From contig CBDFJF010000002.1 in the NCBI GenBank assembly GCA_965248265.1, forward strand, positions 2,432,001 through 2,496,000: 64,000 nucleotides of DNA, in the 5' to 3' direction. The DNA is from Candidatus Latescibacterota bacterium (GTDB taxonomy: Bacteria > Latescibacterota > UBA2968 > UBA8231). Every line of letters starts with the position of its first letter. Position 1 is the first letter of the stretch. The notes under the pieces are model-generated. The model had not been told where the DNA came from, searched no databases, and saw nothing but the letters and a program-made list of their open reading frames with translations. A program made the translations under genes and the position numbers. This document shows positions 10,810 to 21,443 of the stretch, piece by piece.

Positions 10810-12459
10810 CTATTCGATCCAGAACGAATACAACCTGGCGTTCTTCAGATGCAACGACAGGCGCACGTACCGCTCTTTCAGCCCGGCCATCGTCTCGTTT
10901 CGGCTCCAACCGATGCGGCTGCGGGTGGAATCGGCGCGGACCGCCTGGCAGTCGTCCTCACCAAAGCCGTCAATGGCGCGGCCGTCTTCGGCCACGACTG
11001 AGGCACGCACGTGTCCGTTCGCAGCAACGTCTGCGTTCACGAAGAGTTTGCCTTCCCCTTCAAACACGAGGGGTCGGGTGATTACGACGCCCGGCTCATT
11101 GCCGGCGTTGAGGGAGGCGAAGCCGTCGCGGCGAAGGATTGCCACGCCCATTGACGAAACCCAAAGGGCTTTGTCCTGGTCGATGTTCTTGCCGTAGTAG
11201 TAGAACCACAGCTCATCATCTCTCAACACGGGCCCGCTCACGGTGTGCAGGTTTACCATGCGTATATAGTGAGGTTTCCAACCGTCCTCGGGACCCAGGT
11301 CGATGAAGGGCCGACGGTCGCCGAGATAGTACCAGTGCCTCCCGTCCCGGCTGCCGGCCAGGCGAATTCGGTTTCGTTTGATGTAGGGCCGGGTCGGCAT
11401 GAGGTTCCGCCTCCTGCTCTCTTCCTCGCTGGCCGGATGGTACCACGACATCGAAAAGTGATTCAGCCACATGCTCTCGTAGGGGAAGCCGTCCGCTTCG
11501 TAAATGCCGTACATTCCCGGCATCTTCGCGTCCTCACCGTCGGGATAGGCGTAGACTCGCGGGCTGGACCAGTGGACCAGGTCGTCACTTTCGCACACCG
11601 TCACCACGCGCCCGACTTGAAAAACCGGCGACAACCGCAGGTCGGGGCCAAACGTATGCTTGGTATTAGCGATGTACTTCTTCAACCTCGGGTCCCACCG
11701 GATTTGAAGCATGTCGCTGATGCCGGTCGGTCGCGTGTAGGGCGGTTCGAAGCTGGCCGGTCCCTTCGGCAGCGAGGTTGCGCTCCTGCGTGTCCATCGG
11801 ATTCCGTCCGGTGAGACGTACAGGTCGTAGAGATGGGCGCGCAACGGCGCGGGAGGCTCGGGCGGCGGAGGGGTTTTCGGACCACCGCGCCACGCGGGGC
11901 GCTGACGCACGGGGGCGACGGCGTACGGCCAGGTCACTTGCGTTTGGGGGCCGCTGATCGCCTTCCATCGCTGGCTTTCATCAGGATCGTCCGGTTCGTA
12001 GAGCAGGCCGAAGATGCCGGGGACGGCGATCAGATTGTTGTTCGGCTCGCCGGCCGGCGCGTCCGCCGGGCGATCGCAGACATCGAGATCGGGCTTGTCC
12101 CAGTTCAAGCCGTCCTTGGAGAAGGCCACTCGAGTGCCGCCCGCGCCGTAGTAGACGCGATAGCCGCCTTCCTCGTCCGGACCGACATATCCCGGCGAGC
12201 ACTTGACCATCAACGGGTTGGCCGGGTGGTCCTCGGGGCTGTGGAACTGCCGCTTCACACCACGCCGGTGCGCTAGAAGAAAGTCATCGACAAAGAGCTG
12301 GCGCGTCGTGTCGATCTTCATCCGCCAGAGGCACAAGTCCTCCGGGAAGATCAGCTGCTCATTGAGGAGGATGCCGTAGCCCTCAGGGAACGACGACCAG
12401 TCCGTGACCAGGTCGGATCCTTCCCAGGGCGGCAGCGTGGTCCGATCATATATTTCCAT
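10810..12459 (-). CDS. GH32/43-clan-like five-bladed beta-propeller protein
   Basis: RQLFVDD, SKDGLNWDKP, SDDLVHWS, LRRDGFASL and LYSFW motifs. Confidence 0.8.
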   Translation of the reverse strand: MEIYDRTTLPPWEGSDLVTDWSSFPEGYGILLNEQLIFPEDLCLWRMKIDTTRQLFVDDFLLAHRRGVKRQFHSPEDHPANPLMVKCSPGYVGPDEEGGYRVYYGAGGTRVAFSKDGLNWDKPDLDVCDRPADAPAGEPNNNLIAVPGIFGLLYEPDDPDESQRWKAISGPQTQVTWPYAVAPVRQRPAWRGGPKTPPPPEPPAPLRAHLYDLYVSPDGIRWTRRSATSLPKGPASFEPPYTRPTGISDMLQIRWDPRLKKYIANTKHTFGPDLRLSPVFQVGRVVTVCESDDLVHWSSPRVYAYPDGEDAKMPGMYGIYEADGFPYESMWLNHFSMSWYHPASEEESRRRNLMPTRPYIKRNRIRLAGSRDGRHWYYLGDRRPFIDLGPEDGWKPHYIRMVNLHTVSGPVLRDDELWFYYYGKNIDQDKALWVSSMGVAILRRDGFASLNAGNEPGVVITRPLVFEGEGKLFVNADVAANGHVRASVVAEDGRAIDGFGEDDCQAVRADSTRSRIGWSRNETMAGLKERYVRLSLHLKNARLYSFWIE

Positions 12460-12642
12460 GACGACTCCGACACGTCACTTCCGTTCCTGTTTCCTATGGC
12501 TTGGTTTCTTCACGGCTCCCGGGCTGTCCGTAACGACCCGATGCTGGATCACAACATGACAGGATCGCAACCCACCCGATGATCGCCTCCCGCGTCCCGC
12601 GTTCGTGGACGGCGAGCACATGCACACTCGTGGAGATGAATC

Positions 12643-15411
12643 GTGGAGACCTGGACGAAAATAGGTGAAACCGGCACGCGGCGCCTCGGGGGGTTCGCGG
12701 CGTTCGCCCGTGGCCGATGCGAGAACGGGGGAGGCAATCTCTATGTCAACGCAAAGGGAGAAATCGAGAGGATTCACCGAACCAGCATCAAAGACGACCC
12801 CTACGTCGACATCATCCTGCCCAACAGCCACGGCTACGTCGAGCGCGGACCCACGTGGATCTACAAACCCCCGATGCCGGACGGAAGGCGCGATGGCCGA
12901 CCGTGCGGACGCGAGACGCCGGCGCGGCGGGAACTGCCCAACGACAGCGGCTGGATGAGCCGCGTGGTCGACGTCGACGGTGATGGGTACCTCGATCTGA
13001 TCGTCGTCAACGGCGAAAACGGCGTCACGTCCGAACTGGATTCCTACGTGTACTGGGGAGGCCCCGACGGGTTGACCGGCCGGCGGGTCGAGCTGCCCAC
13101 CATGGGCGCCTACGACGTCGCGGCCATCGACCTGACCGGGGACGGCCGGCTCGACCTGATATTCCCCTCCGCCTGGTGCGATCACCACAACGCCGGCAGA
13201 CCACTGTCGCTTCGAGTCTACCGGCAGATCCGGCCGCGCCGGTTCGTGGACGACTCGCAACACTATGCCCTGATCGGCGTCGGCGCCGCCTCTGTCGCTT
13301 GCGCGGACCTGACCGGCAACGGCAAGGCCGATCTCGTCGTCGCCAATTATCGCAGTGGTTTCGAATATGACACGGAGTCCTTCGTGTACTGGGGAACAGA
13401 AGGTGGATTCGCCGTTGAGGCGCCCCTGCGGCTGCCGTCGCATCACGCCCGGCAGGTGCTCCTGGCGGATCTGGACGGCGATGGCCGCGATGAGATCGTC
13501 TTCGCCGGCGGCGACCAGGTGTGGATCTACTGGAACGATCGCGGCACTTTCTCGCCGCAGCGCCGCACGATCCTGGCCGCCGATGGCTGCACCACGCTGC
13601 TGTGTGCCGGCGCAGTGCGTGTGGAAGCGGCCGACGTGGATGGGGATGGCCGGAACGAATTATTGGTTGCAACGGTCGAGGGTGTCGAGATTCGATCGTC
13701 CCGCGACGTGCAGACGGTTTCGAAATTGCTGTCCCTGCCTAATGCCACGTGGGTGTGCGCCGCCGATCTCGACGGAGATGGTCGGCCCGAACTGATCGCA
13801 AGCAAATACGAGGATCGAGTTTCCTATGACACGCAGTCCGCGATTTTCTGGAACGGGCCGAAAGGATTCTCAGCGGAGCGGGTCACGTGGCTCGACACGG
13901 CCGGCGCCATGGGATGTACGGCCGGCGACGTGGACGCCGATGGGCGCAACGAGGTCATCTTCAACAACACGATGCGCGGTCCCAGTCAGCAATGGGACGA
14001 CCTTCCCGCGTACATCTATCTTGGCAGTCCGAACGCCGACTACGGTCTCCATCGACGCCTGGAATTGCCCACCGGGGGCGGCACGCACGGCTACGTGTTG
14101 GCGGACCTCGATCTGGATGGCTACGCGGACCTGGTCCTGACGAGGAACGAAGGCCTGCGAATTTTTCCCGGCGGACCGGACAGCGTGAAGCCGGATCGGT
14201 TCATCGATCTGCCGACGCCGGGCCGCTACGTCATGGAAGTGCACGTCGCCGACTTCAATCGCGACGGCCATCTGGATCTTCTGGCGACCGCGCTGACTTA
14301 CGACGACAAACCGGAGACCTTCGCCAATTCGTCGATCATCTTTTTCGGCTCCGCCGAGGGATTTTCTCCCGAGCGGTCGCAGAACGTGCCCACCTTCAGC
14401 ACCGGCAAGGCGCACGTGGCCGACGTCGACAAGGACGGATACCTCGACATCATCATCGGCGACAATCGCGGGTTCATCACGATCTTTCGCGGCGCCGCCG
14501 ACGGCTATTCGCCCGACCGGGTGCGGCGCATTCCAATGGACGTGAACAATGTCAAATCACTCAATGCCGCCGACTTGAACGGCAACGGCTGGCTCGATCT
14601 CGTAGTGGGCATCGGGAGCCACTATGAACGCGGCCGTCAGAGCGTGTACGTCTACAACGGCGGCCCGGACGGATACCGTCCCGACAAAGTTCAGAAATAC
14701 ATCGGCGGCTATTCGCCCTCCGGGATCAGCGTTGCAGACATCGACCACGACGGCAAGCTGGAATTGCTCGTGTCGGCCTACTCCACGGCCCACGCACGAG
14801 TGCTGCCGCTTCAGATCTTCCGCACCGACCATGAAACGATCGAGTTCGACCATCCCACGGATCTGGACGCCGAGTCGTCCTGCGCGTCGATGGCGATCGA
14901 CCTGAACGGCAACGGGTTTCGCGATCTACTCGTGGTCTGCCATCGCAACGATCTGGGACACCAGGTCGACTCGCTGATCTTCTGGAACGGTCCGGCGGGC
15001 ATTTCGCCCGATCGCACGACCCGGCTGCCGGGTCTGGGTCCGCATTCGCTGACGTGCCGAGACCCGGGCAATGCCTACACGCGAGAGCCGACGGAGAGTT
15101 ACTTCTCGCCGCCGTTCGCGCTGGCGGATGGAATGCCCACTCGCATTCATTGGGACGCGGTGGTCCCGGAGAGCACGCAACTGAAGTTCCAATTGCGTTG
15201 GGCCGAACGGGAAGACCGGCTCGATCAGGCGCCGTGGTGCGGCCCTGGCGGTGTCGCCGGCGGGACCTACGAGCGGTCGGGCCGGCCGGTCGGTGGCATC
15301 GCCCCGGCCGCCCGATGGTTGCAGTATCGAGCGATCTTCATTTCGCCGAACAGCGCCCGATCACCACGGCTGCGAGAAGTCCGCGTGGACCTCGGCCCTC
15401 GGCACACGTAA
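12643..15411 (+). CDS. FG-GAP/VCBS repeat protein
   Basis: More than ten DxDGDGxxDL-type repeats with YWGGPDG spacers; GGAG RBS before GTG. Confidence 0.9.
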   Translation: METWTKIGETGTRRLGGFAAFARGRCENGGGNLYVNAKGEIERIHRTSIKDDPYVDIILPNSHGYVERGPTWIYKPPMPDGRRDGRPCGRETPARRELPNDSGWMSRVVDVDGDGYLDLIVVNGENGVTSELDSYVYWGGPDGLTGRRVELPTMGAYDVAAIDLTGDGRLDLIFPSAWCDHHNAGRPLSLRVYRQIRPRRFVDDSQHYALIGVGAASVACADLTGNGKADLVVANYRSGFEYDTESFVYWGTEGGFAVEAPLRLPSHHARQVLLADLDGDGRDEIVFAGGDQVWIYWNDRGTFSPQRRTILAADGCTTLLCAGAVRVEAADVDGDGRNELLVATVEGVEIRSSRDVQTVSKLLSLPNATWVCAADLDGDGRPELIASKYEDRVSYDTQSAIFWNGPKGFSAERVTWLDTAGAMGCTAGDVDADGRNEVIFNNTMRGPSQQWDDLPAYIYLGSPNADYGLHRRLELPTGGGTHGYVLADLDLDGYADLVLTRNEGLRIFPGGPDSVKPDRFIDLPTPGRYVMEVHVADFNRDGHLDLLATALTYDDKPETFANSSIIFFGSAEGFSPERSQNVPTFSTGKAHVADVDKDGYLDIIIGDNRGFITIFRGAADGYSPDRVRRIPMDVNNVKSLNAADLNGNGWLDLVVGIGSHYERGRQSVYVYNGGPDGYRPDKVQKYIGGYSPSGISVADIDHDGKLELLVSAYSTAHARVLPLQIFRTDHETIEFDHPTDLDAESSCASMAIDLNGNGFRDLLVVCHRNDLGHQVDSLIFWNGPAGISPDRTTRLPGLGPHSLTCRDPGNAYTREPTESYFSPPFALADGMPTRIHWDAVVPESTQLKFQLRWAEREDRLDQAPWCGPGGVAGGTYERSGRPVGGIAPAARWLQYRAIFISPNSARSPRLREVRVDLGPRHT

Positions 15412-15511
15412 AAAAGGAGTATGCCCATGCAGCGTCGGTGCGATGTGGCCCAGGGTCTGTCCCTCTCCGGACCCGGGGCGATCGCGCCCACCGCGCTCCT
15501 GCTCGCGGCAA

Positions 15512-16555
15512 TCACATGTTTACCGAGTCGGGGTCCCAGTGCACCGTGCCCGCGACGACATCATCGAGGGCGATCGCCTCGCCGTCCCGCTCCGCCGAGA
15601 TGTTTGCCCCCAGCACTGCGGCCAGACTGTTGAGGCTGCTCACGTAAGGACTGCGCACCATACTCGGGTCGCTGTTGCGTACCGCGGCGACGAAGCTGCG
15701 TGCCTGCAAAACCGACGGGTTCTCGCCTTCATCATCCGTCCACACCGTTTCGCCGTTTTCGACCACCCTCCGCGCAGACCATTCGAGCAGCGAGTCGTCA
15801 CTGACGACGATGAGTTCCATGCGCGACACCTTCACGTTGGTCAGCACGCGGGATGTGGTGACGCTGGCGACCAGCCCGGACGCAAACCGGTAGTTGACGT
15901 CGTATACATGAGGAAAATTGATGGGTTCGGGTCCCTCACCCGGTTTGCGGTAAGAATAAAACGCGGACACTCTTTCGATATCTCCAAGAAAGTAGCGCAG
16001 CAAGTCAACGGTATGAATCGAATTCTCTACGAAGGAACCACCGCACAGCTCGAAACGGCTGGTCCAGTAGCGGCGGGAAGCGCCGCTGTAAAAGCGCTGG
16101 ACCGCGGCGTGTCGGAGTGTGCGCCGCGCGAGCAACTGCCGGGTATACTCGGCTGACGCCGAATACCGGCTCTGGTAGCCTACCTGCGATACGACGCCGG
16201 CCGCCTCGATGGCGCGTCCGTGCTGGACCGCCTGGGCCATGTCCAGACTCGGCGGCTTTTCGACGAACACATGGAGTCCCTTGGCGGCCGCCGTCGGCAC
16301 CTCGTCGGTGTGCAGGGTCGGCGGCAGGCAGACGTAGACGGCGTCCAGCTCCTCGCGATCAAGCATCATCGCGTAGTCCGTGTATGTGGCTTTCACACCG
16401 TATGCGGCCGCGCGCTCCTTCAGGGTCTCCTCGTCGAGGTCGCAGAAGGCCTCGAGGACTACTTCTCCCGACTCGATGAGTCCCGCCAGCGCCGGCAGGT
16501 GAGCGTTGGCGGCGATGTGGCCCAATCCGATGAACCCCAATCGGACTTCATCCAA
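15512..16555 (-). CDS. Gfo/Idh/MocA family oxidoreductase
   Basis: LGFIGLG, VFVEKP, ENSIHTVD motifs. Confidence 0.9.
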   Translation of the reverse strand: MDEVRLGFIGLGHIAANAHLPALAGLIESGEVVLEAFCDLDEETLKERAAAYGVKATYTDYAMMLDREELDAVYVCLPPTLHTDEVPTAAAKGLHVFVEKPPSLDMAQAVQHGRAIEAAGVVSQVGYQSRYSASAEYTRQLLARRTLRHAAVQRFYSGASRRYWTSRFELCGGSFVENSIHTVDLLRYFLGDIERVSAFYSYRKPGEGPEPINFPHVYDVNYRFASGLVASVTTSRVLTNVKVSRMELIVVSDDSLLEWSARRVVENGETVWTDDEGENPSVLQARSFVAAVRNSDPSMVRSPYVSSLNSLAAVLGANISAERDGEAIALDDVVAGTVHWDPDSVNM

Positions 16556-16572
16556 TGACGTTCTCCGAATCG

Positions 16573-17751
16573 TTAGGCGCGCGCGTGGTGGGACTCCTGA
16601 GGGGCCGTGTAGGCAGTCGACAGATGAGGCGTCTCGAGGCGGACGCCACCCTCATGGCGCGACCGCAGGCACGCCTCCAGGTAACCGCACACAGCGAGCG
16701 TGCGCTCGGCCGGTATAGGGGCTACTCCTGTGCGGAACATCTCGTCGATCTTGGCAATCAGGCAGGCCGAGTAGGTGACGTTGGGGACAGGCGTGAGGAA
16801 GAACTGGCACGACGCCAATTCGTCCGATCCCTGGAGGCGCGCCGAGAAGCAGTAGTCTCTGATGGCCCCGTCGAGCATCATCAGTGTGGCCCGCAGTCCG
16901 TCGCGAAATTCGATGAGGTACGCGGCGGGCTCCGCGGCGAGCCCCCGCAACTCACCGCTGCCCAGCAGGTCCTGCGGCCGGCCGTCTTCGACGCTCAAAC
17001 CCTGCGGACTGTCACAGCGGGACAGGGCCGACTCCAGAAGGTCGCGCGACCAGCGACCCTCTTCCAGGGCGTTCCAGACGGCGTCGCCATCCAGCATCTG
17101 CACCGCGGCCACGCCGGTCTCGCCGCCGCGGCGGCGCTCGATCATGCACTGCAGGCTCTCCAGCGCGTGGTAATCCATGGGATCGGAGCCGCCCACGCCG
17201 ATGACGAGCGCTTCCTCTATGACGCAACCATGTTCCAGCTCCAGGTCGGGCAGGCGCCAGGTCACCGGCAGGCTGGAACCCGCCATCAAAGGGAAGCCGA
17301 GACGACGGGCATCCGCGATCATTTTCTGCGCCTTGGCGTGGTCATACGACAGATGTTTGTCGTTGTACACCGGCACCGCGCGGCCGTCCGCCTCGAAAAC
17401 CGCCACGCACTCCTGGAACCACTCGAAGCGTGGGTAGAGGATCTGACCCAGCTCATTGCGTGGGTAGTCTCCGTGCTCAGCGATGATGAGGACGGCATCT
17501 GCGGCCAGCCGGTCACCGCCGCAGCGCAGGGTGTTTGCAATAGTCGGATAGACGTCGAAGCCGAACTCGCGAGCCCGGCTGGCGCTCTGATCACCTACGG
17601 GGTGTTGGTCGACGTAGAGGGAGACTACGTCGACGTCGGGATGATGCCAGGCGCCCTCGTAGGGATAGCCGACGAGAAAGCGGTCGGTGAAATGCTGGGC
17701 GTGCGAGAGTTGCTTGTAGACGGTCGCGATGACGGCGAGGCGTACAGTCAT
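16573..17751 (-). CDS. Conserved hypothetical protein (oxidoreductase-like), paralog 1
   Basis: Shares LIIAEHGDY, NDKHLS, MAGSSLPVTWR and HALESLQCM-type motifs with the adjacent gene. Confidence 0.8.
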   Translation of the reverse strand: MTVRLAVIATVYKQLSHAQHFTDRFLVGYPYEGAWHHPDVDVVSLYVDQHPVGDQSASRAREFGFDVYPTIANTLRCGGDRLAADAVLIIAEHGDYPRNELGQILYPRFEWFQECVAVFEADGRAVPVYNDKHLSYDHAKAQKMIADARRLGFPLMAGSSLPVTWRLPDLELEHGCVIEEALVIGVGGSDPMDYHALESLQCMIERRRGGETGVAAVQMLDGDAVWNALEEGRWSRDLLESALSRCDSPQGLSVEDGRPQDLLGSGELRGLAAEPAAYLIEFRDGLRATLMMLDGAIRDYCFSARLQGSDELASCQFFLTPVPNVTYSACLIAKIDEMFRTGVAPIPAERTLAVCGYLEACLRSRHEGGVRLETPHLSTAYTAPQESHHARA

Positions 17752-17753
17752 GA

Positions 17754-18944
17754 TCAGCTGTTCCAGAAGGTCGATGCCGGCGGAGCGCCATAGCGCACGT
17801 CGAGATGCGGAGTCTCGACACGGGCACCGTCCTGCTGCAGACTGTCGACGCCGGCCGCCACGAGCCCCGTCGTCAGCAGGGTGCGCTCGAGGGGGTAGGA
17901 GGGCACGCCCGTCAAGAACATGCGTTCAACATTGTTGACCTGTGGTGTGAAGAAGCTCGCCAGCGTCGTCCATTTCGGCGGCATCGGCAAGTACATCTGC
18001 GTAGACAAAGGGCGCTCAGCTCCTTTGAGGCGGGCGGCGAAGTTGAAGTCCTTCACCAGCCCATTCATCAGGATCATGGTGGAAGGCAGGCCGTCCATGT
18101 GTTCGTATCGGTAGGCGATCGGCTCGGTGATGCGCACGAGCTCGTCATCATTCGGGAAGATGTGGTTGAAGCCGTCGCGCGCCGGTGTCAGGCTGTGGCT
18201 GCGGCACAGGCAGGTGTCGAACAGCTCCCGCGACCACAAGCCTTCGTGATGGGCAGCCCAGAACCGATCGCCGGTATAGGTCTCCAGCCAGCGCACGCCA
18301 GACTCGCCGCCGCTGCGGCGCTCCACCATGCACTGCAGAGTCTCCAGCGCGTGGAAGTCATAGCTGTCGACACCGCCGTAGCCGACGCACATCGCCTCCT
18401 CGATCTCGGCGCCCAACGGCATGTCTATGGCAGGTGTGCGCCAAGTGACTGGAAGGGAGGAGCCGGCCATGAAGGGGAAATCGAGCTCCCGGGACACGTC
18501 GTACATCTCGCGGGCCCAGTCCCAGTTCCACGACAGATGTTTGTCGTTGAACACGGCAGCCGTCTTCCCCGTAGCGTGAAAGACGTCGATGATCTGCATG
18601 AAGAACTCGTAGCGCGGGTACAACCTCTGGTTCTTGTCGTTGCGCTCGTAGTGGCCATGCTCGGCGATGAGGAGCACGCCGTCGACTGCCAGATCATCCG
18701 TATCGAGTGTCAGGGCTTCGGCGATGGTGTCGCACCGTCTGACCTGTGGAAAGCGCCGGACGCGGTCTTCGGTGAGATCGCCATCGGGGTGCTGGTCAAC
18801 GTACAGTGAGACGATGTCCATCTGCGGGCGATGATGGCGGCCATTCCAGCCGTAGCCGTCGAGAAAGCGATCGACGATATGCTGACCGTGCGCGAACTTG
18901 TGATACGCCGTGACGAGGGCGGCGAGACGAGGGCGCGCGCTCAT
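17754..18944 (-). CDS. Conserved hypothetical protein (oxidoreductase-like), paralog 2
   Basis: ATG 18944 (MSARPRLAALVTAY) with GGAG upstream; same motifs as 16573-17751; 2 bp gap between the two genes. Confidence 0.8.
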   Translation of the reverse strand: MSARPRLAALVTAYHKFAHGQHIVDRFLDGYGWNGRHHRPQMDIVSLYVDQHPDGDLTEDRVRRFPQVRRCDTIAEALTLDTDDLAVDGVLLIAEHGHYERNDKNQRLYPRYEFFMQIIDVFHATGKTAAVFNDKHLSWNWDWAREMYDVSRELDFPFMAGSSLPVTWRTPAIDMPLGAEIEEAMCVGYGGVDSYDFHALETLQCMVERRSGGESGVRWLETYTGDRFWAAHHEGLWSRELFDTCLCRSHSLTPARDGFNHIFPNDDELVRITEPIAYRYEHMDGLPSTMILMNGLVKDFNFAARLKGAERPLSTQMYLPMPPKWTTLASFFTPQVNNVERMFLTGVPSYPLERTLLTTGLVAAGVDSLQQDGARVETPHLDVRYGAPPASTFWNS

Positions 18945-19119
18945 AGGACAGACTCCAGTACGTGAGGAATCCGCAAGATACGAAAGCGGAAGTCGGGCTT
19001 CAACACGTCGCCCTATGGCGGCGCCAAGCTCTCGTCCCAGATGCGTCGCCAGACCCAATCGACCGTCATCAGGTCGACGCACGAGGGGGTCAAGACCAGC
19101 CTCGTCCGCCCGTCACCGA

Positions 19120-21180
19120 TCACCTCGGTGCGACCGCGTAAACCCTGAATTCGTATCCGGGCACGTATGCCTCGAACGCGGCATTGCCCGCTTCGACGCG
19201 GTGTTCGACCTTTTTATCTTCCCACCATTCAGCAATCTGCACCGTGCTCGTACCCAGCCCGTTGGCCGTGACCTTTCCTCTCCACGGCTCCGCCTCATGG
19301 TTTACCAGCACCACCAGTATGCCCTTCGCGGTTCGGTTCACGATGTATTCAATGGGGGGGCCGTCCACTTTGGCCAGGGCAAACCTTTCCATGAGGTGGG
19401 AGATGAGGTCCAACCCGATGTCGAGGAGCTTGGATCGGTCGTGGGTCTGGAGGTGCTGCGGCGTAGACAGGATCGCCTCCCCTTGCCCCACACGCCGGCG
19501 GGTAATCAGGGGGTCACCGTATCCCGTGACCGGTGATTCGTTGACGGCGAGCACCTCGGCTTCATTGACCACGACCCTCCGGTAGCTATACAAACCCTCC
19601 GTGATCGTCTTCCCTCCGCACCGGCGGCAGCTGGAGAAGGTCGATCCCAACTGCGTCCGGGTCGGCTCTACGCCGAAGAGTTGGTGAGCCTCCGGCTCTT
19701 CGTGGATCTGGGCCACGTTGGCGACCAGGACCCCTCCCCCCTCCACGTACGCCTTGAGTCTCTCGAGGAGCGCACCCTTCAAGTTGATGTCGCCCAGGAG
19801 CATGATGACCGAGTAGTGCTTCAGCGCCTCCAGCAGGCAGTCCTCCAGCACCACGTCGAAGCTGTCTCCCCAGGGGCTGTGGGTCAGGCACTTCGATTCA
19901 TACGGTCTTGTGTCAAACCCCGATCTGATGGCCCGATCCACTTCCTTCATGGTTTTCCAGGGTCCTCTTCCCTCACTACCCTTATAGCTCTTCTTGCAAC
20001 CGGGAAAAGCGGCTTCGAAGAAGTTGTCCACCATGTGGTCACCGGGGGTGAAGGGAATGCAGCCCCAGACCACGTCAGCTCCGATACGTGGGCGCGCGAA
20101 CGGGTCCCAGCCATGATCGTGCTCCAGCATCAAGGCCACGGGGACATGCGGTCTTCCCCTGACCGGGTGTCTTTTGAGAACGAAATCCGAAAACCGCTTT
20201 CCCGCTTCACCGTGGGTCGTCAGCCTGACCGTTGCATCATCCCACTCGTACATGAAGAAATCCAAGTATGCCTGCTGCTGAACCAGGATGTTGGCTCCGT
20301 GGAAATATGCCGACGCGTTCCGGTTCAGCATGGTGGTCGGAGAGATTCCGCCCGTCCTCTGTCCCTCCTTGTTGTAGCATGGGTAACTCCACATCGAGCC
20401 ACCGTCCTTTGAGCGATAGATCTCCGCCAGTTCGTCGCAGTAGCCCCAGTAGCCCGAGTACTGCTGGGCCGCTCCTCTGGCGAAAGCGGTCAGCACCTGG
20501 ATGTTGAAATCGGACTTGTCGTTCACGAGCACGAACTTTGTTCCCCACTCGAAGCAATAATGGGCCTGAAGACCTGCGTGCTTCACGAAACTCATCAGAT
20601 TGCAGTTGTCGCGGTTCAGACCACGCCTCCCTATATAGACGTGAGGCGCGGTGTCGTTCATGGCATCTCTCATCTCGGCCAGTTTCTGTCCTGCTTCCGA
20701 TTCAGGTGCCGGGAAATTGAGCTTGTGCCTCTCGATGTCTATCCCGTACTCCCCGGATCTGATGTAGTTCTCGAACCACTTGTAGGCTTCGGCCTTGGAT
20801 GCAAAGCCCTCAGTCGGCATTCTCCCGACCAAAACCTGTCCCCCATGGAAGAACCACCAGACCCGGTTTCCCCCAAGGGCGCGCATACGCTCGAGCGTCG
20901 CATCAACCCACGCATCCGCACGCCGCTTGTACTCCTCCTTGCCCAGACCACCAACCATGCCGACGTGATAGGACAATGGCGTTTGGACAATCAATCCACA
21001 ATCCGCATCCGCCAGCTCCTGTGCGGTGGGCAGGTTCTTCTCCGACCTTTGCAGGTCATTTTCCCAATCTCGAATCCAGTGACTCCAGTTGATCATGCTC
21101 GCGTTGATCATCCCGTTCTCAAGCGCGAATCGCCTTACCGCATTCGACCTTGCCGTGATCTTCACCGGATCGGTTTCCAT
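19120..21180 (-). CDS. Hypothetical protein, possible glycoside hydrolase with beta-galactosidase trimerisation-like C-terminal domain
   Basis: Long ORF; LKAYVEGGGVLVAN and RRVGQGEAIL motifs; start uncertain (frame open to 21396). Confidence 0.65.
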   Translation of the reverse strand: METDPVKITARSNAVRRFALENGMINASMINWSHWIRDWENDLQRSEKNLPTAQELADADCGLIVQTPLSYHVGMVGGLGKEEYKRRADAWVDATLERMRALGGNRVWWFFHGGQVLVGRMPTEGFASKAEAYKWFENYIRSGEYGIDIERHKLNFPAPESEAGQKLAEMRDAMNDTAPHVYIGRRGLNRDNCNLMSFVKHAGLQAHYCFEWGTKFVLVNDKSDFNIQVLTAFARGAAQQYSGYWGYCDELAEIYRSKDGGSMWSYPCYNKEGQRTGGISPTTMLNRNASAYFHGANILVQQQAYLDFFMYEWDDATVRLTTHGEAGKRFSDFVLKRHPVRGRPHVPVALMLEHDHGWDPFARPRIGADVVWGCIPFTPGDHMVDNFFEAAFPGCKKSYKGSEGRGPWKTMKEVDRAIRSGFDTRPYESKCLTHSPWGDSFDVVLEDCLLEALKHYSVIMLLGDINLKGALLERLKAYVEGGGVLVANVAQIHEEPEAHQLFGVEPTRTQLGSTFSSCRRCGGKTITEGLYSYRRVVVNEAEVLAVNESPVTGYGDPLITRRRVGQGEAILSTPQHLQTHDRSKLLDIGLDLISHLMERFALAKVDGPPIEYIVNRTAKGILVVLVNHEAEPWRGKVTANGLGTSTVQIAEWWEDKKVEHRVEAGNAAFEAYVPGYEFRVYAVAPR

Positions 21181-21443
21181 GATCCGGCGATTTCGAGTGT
21201 ACGCGGCGGGCCGAGACAGATCCGTGGAAGCATCCCTGGGTGCCTCAGAATGATAGCAATGAGCCAGCTGAAACCAGTCTTTCCGATCGGTCTTACGCAT
21301 AGTATGGATAAAGGGCATTATCGTGAGTCCGTCAAGCGAGTCTGAGGTGTTTCGAGGGCGTTTAGGGCTGTGCTTGTTGCCGTCCAGCCGAAACACTGGC
21401 TATACTGTCAGGCACGAATAGACTGTGCGATTACCGCATGAGA

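Noticed and set aside
12950-14930. Recurrent GACxTxGACGGCGAxGG-like DNA repeats
   Set aside because: They encode FG-GAP protein repeats; irregular spacing and degeneracy exclude a CRISPR array
16555-18809. Long + strand ORFs (412 aa, 334 aa), and similar ones at 28016-29224, 45609-46658, 56619-57701 and 62490-63593
   Set aside because: Antisense shadows of well-supported genes in GC-rich DNA; no recognisable motifs
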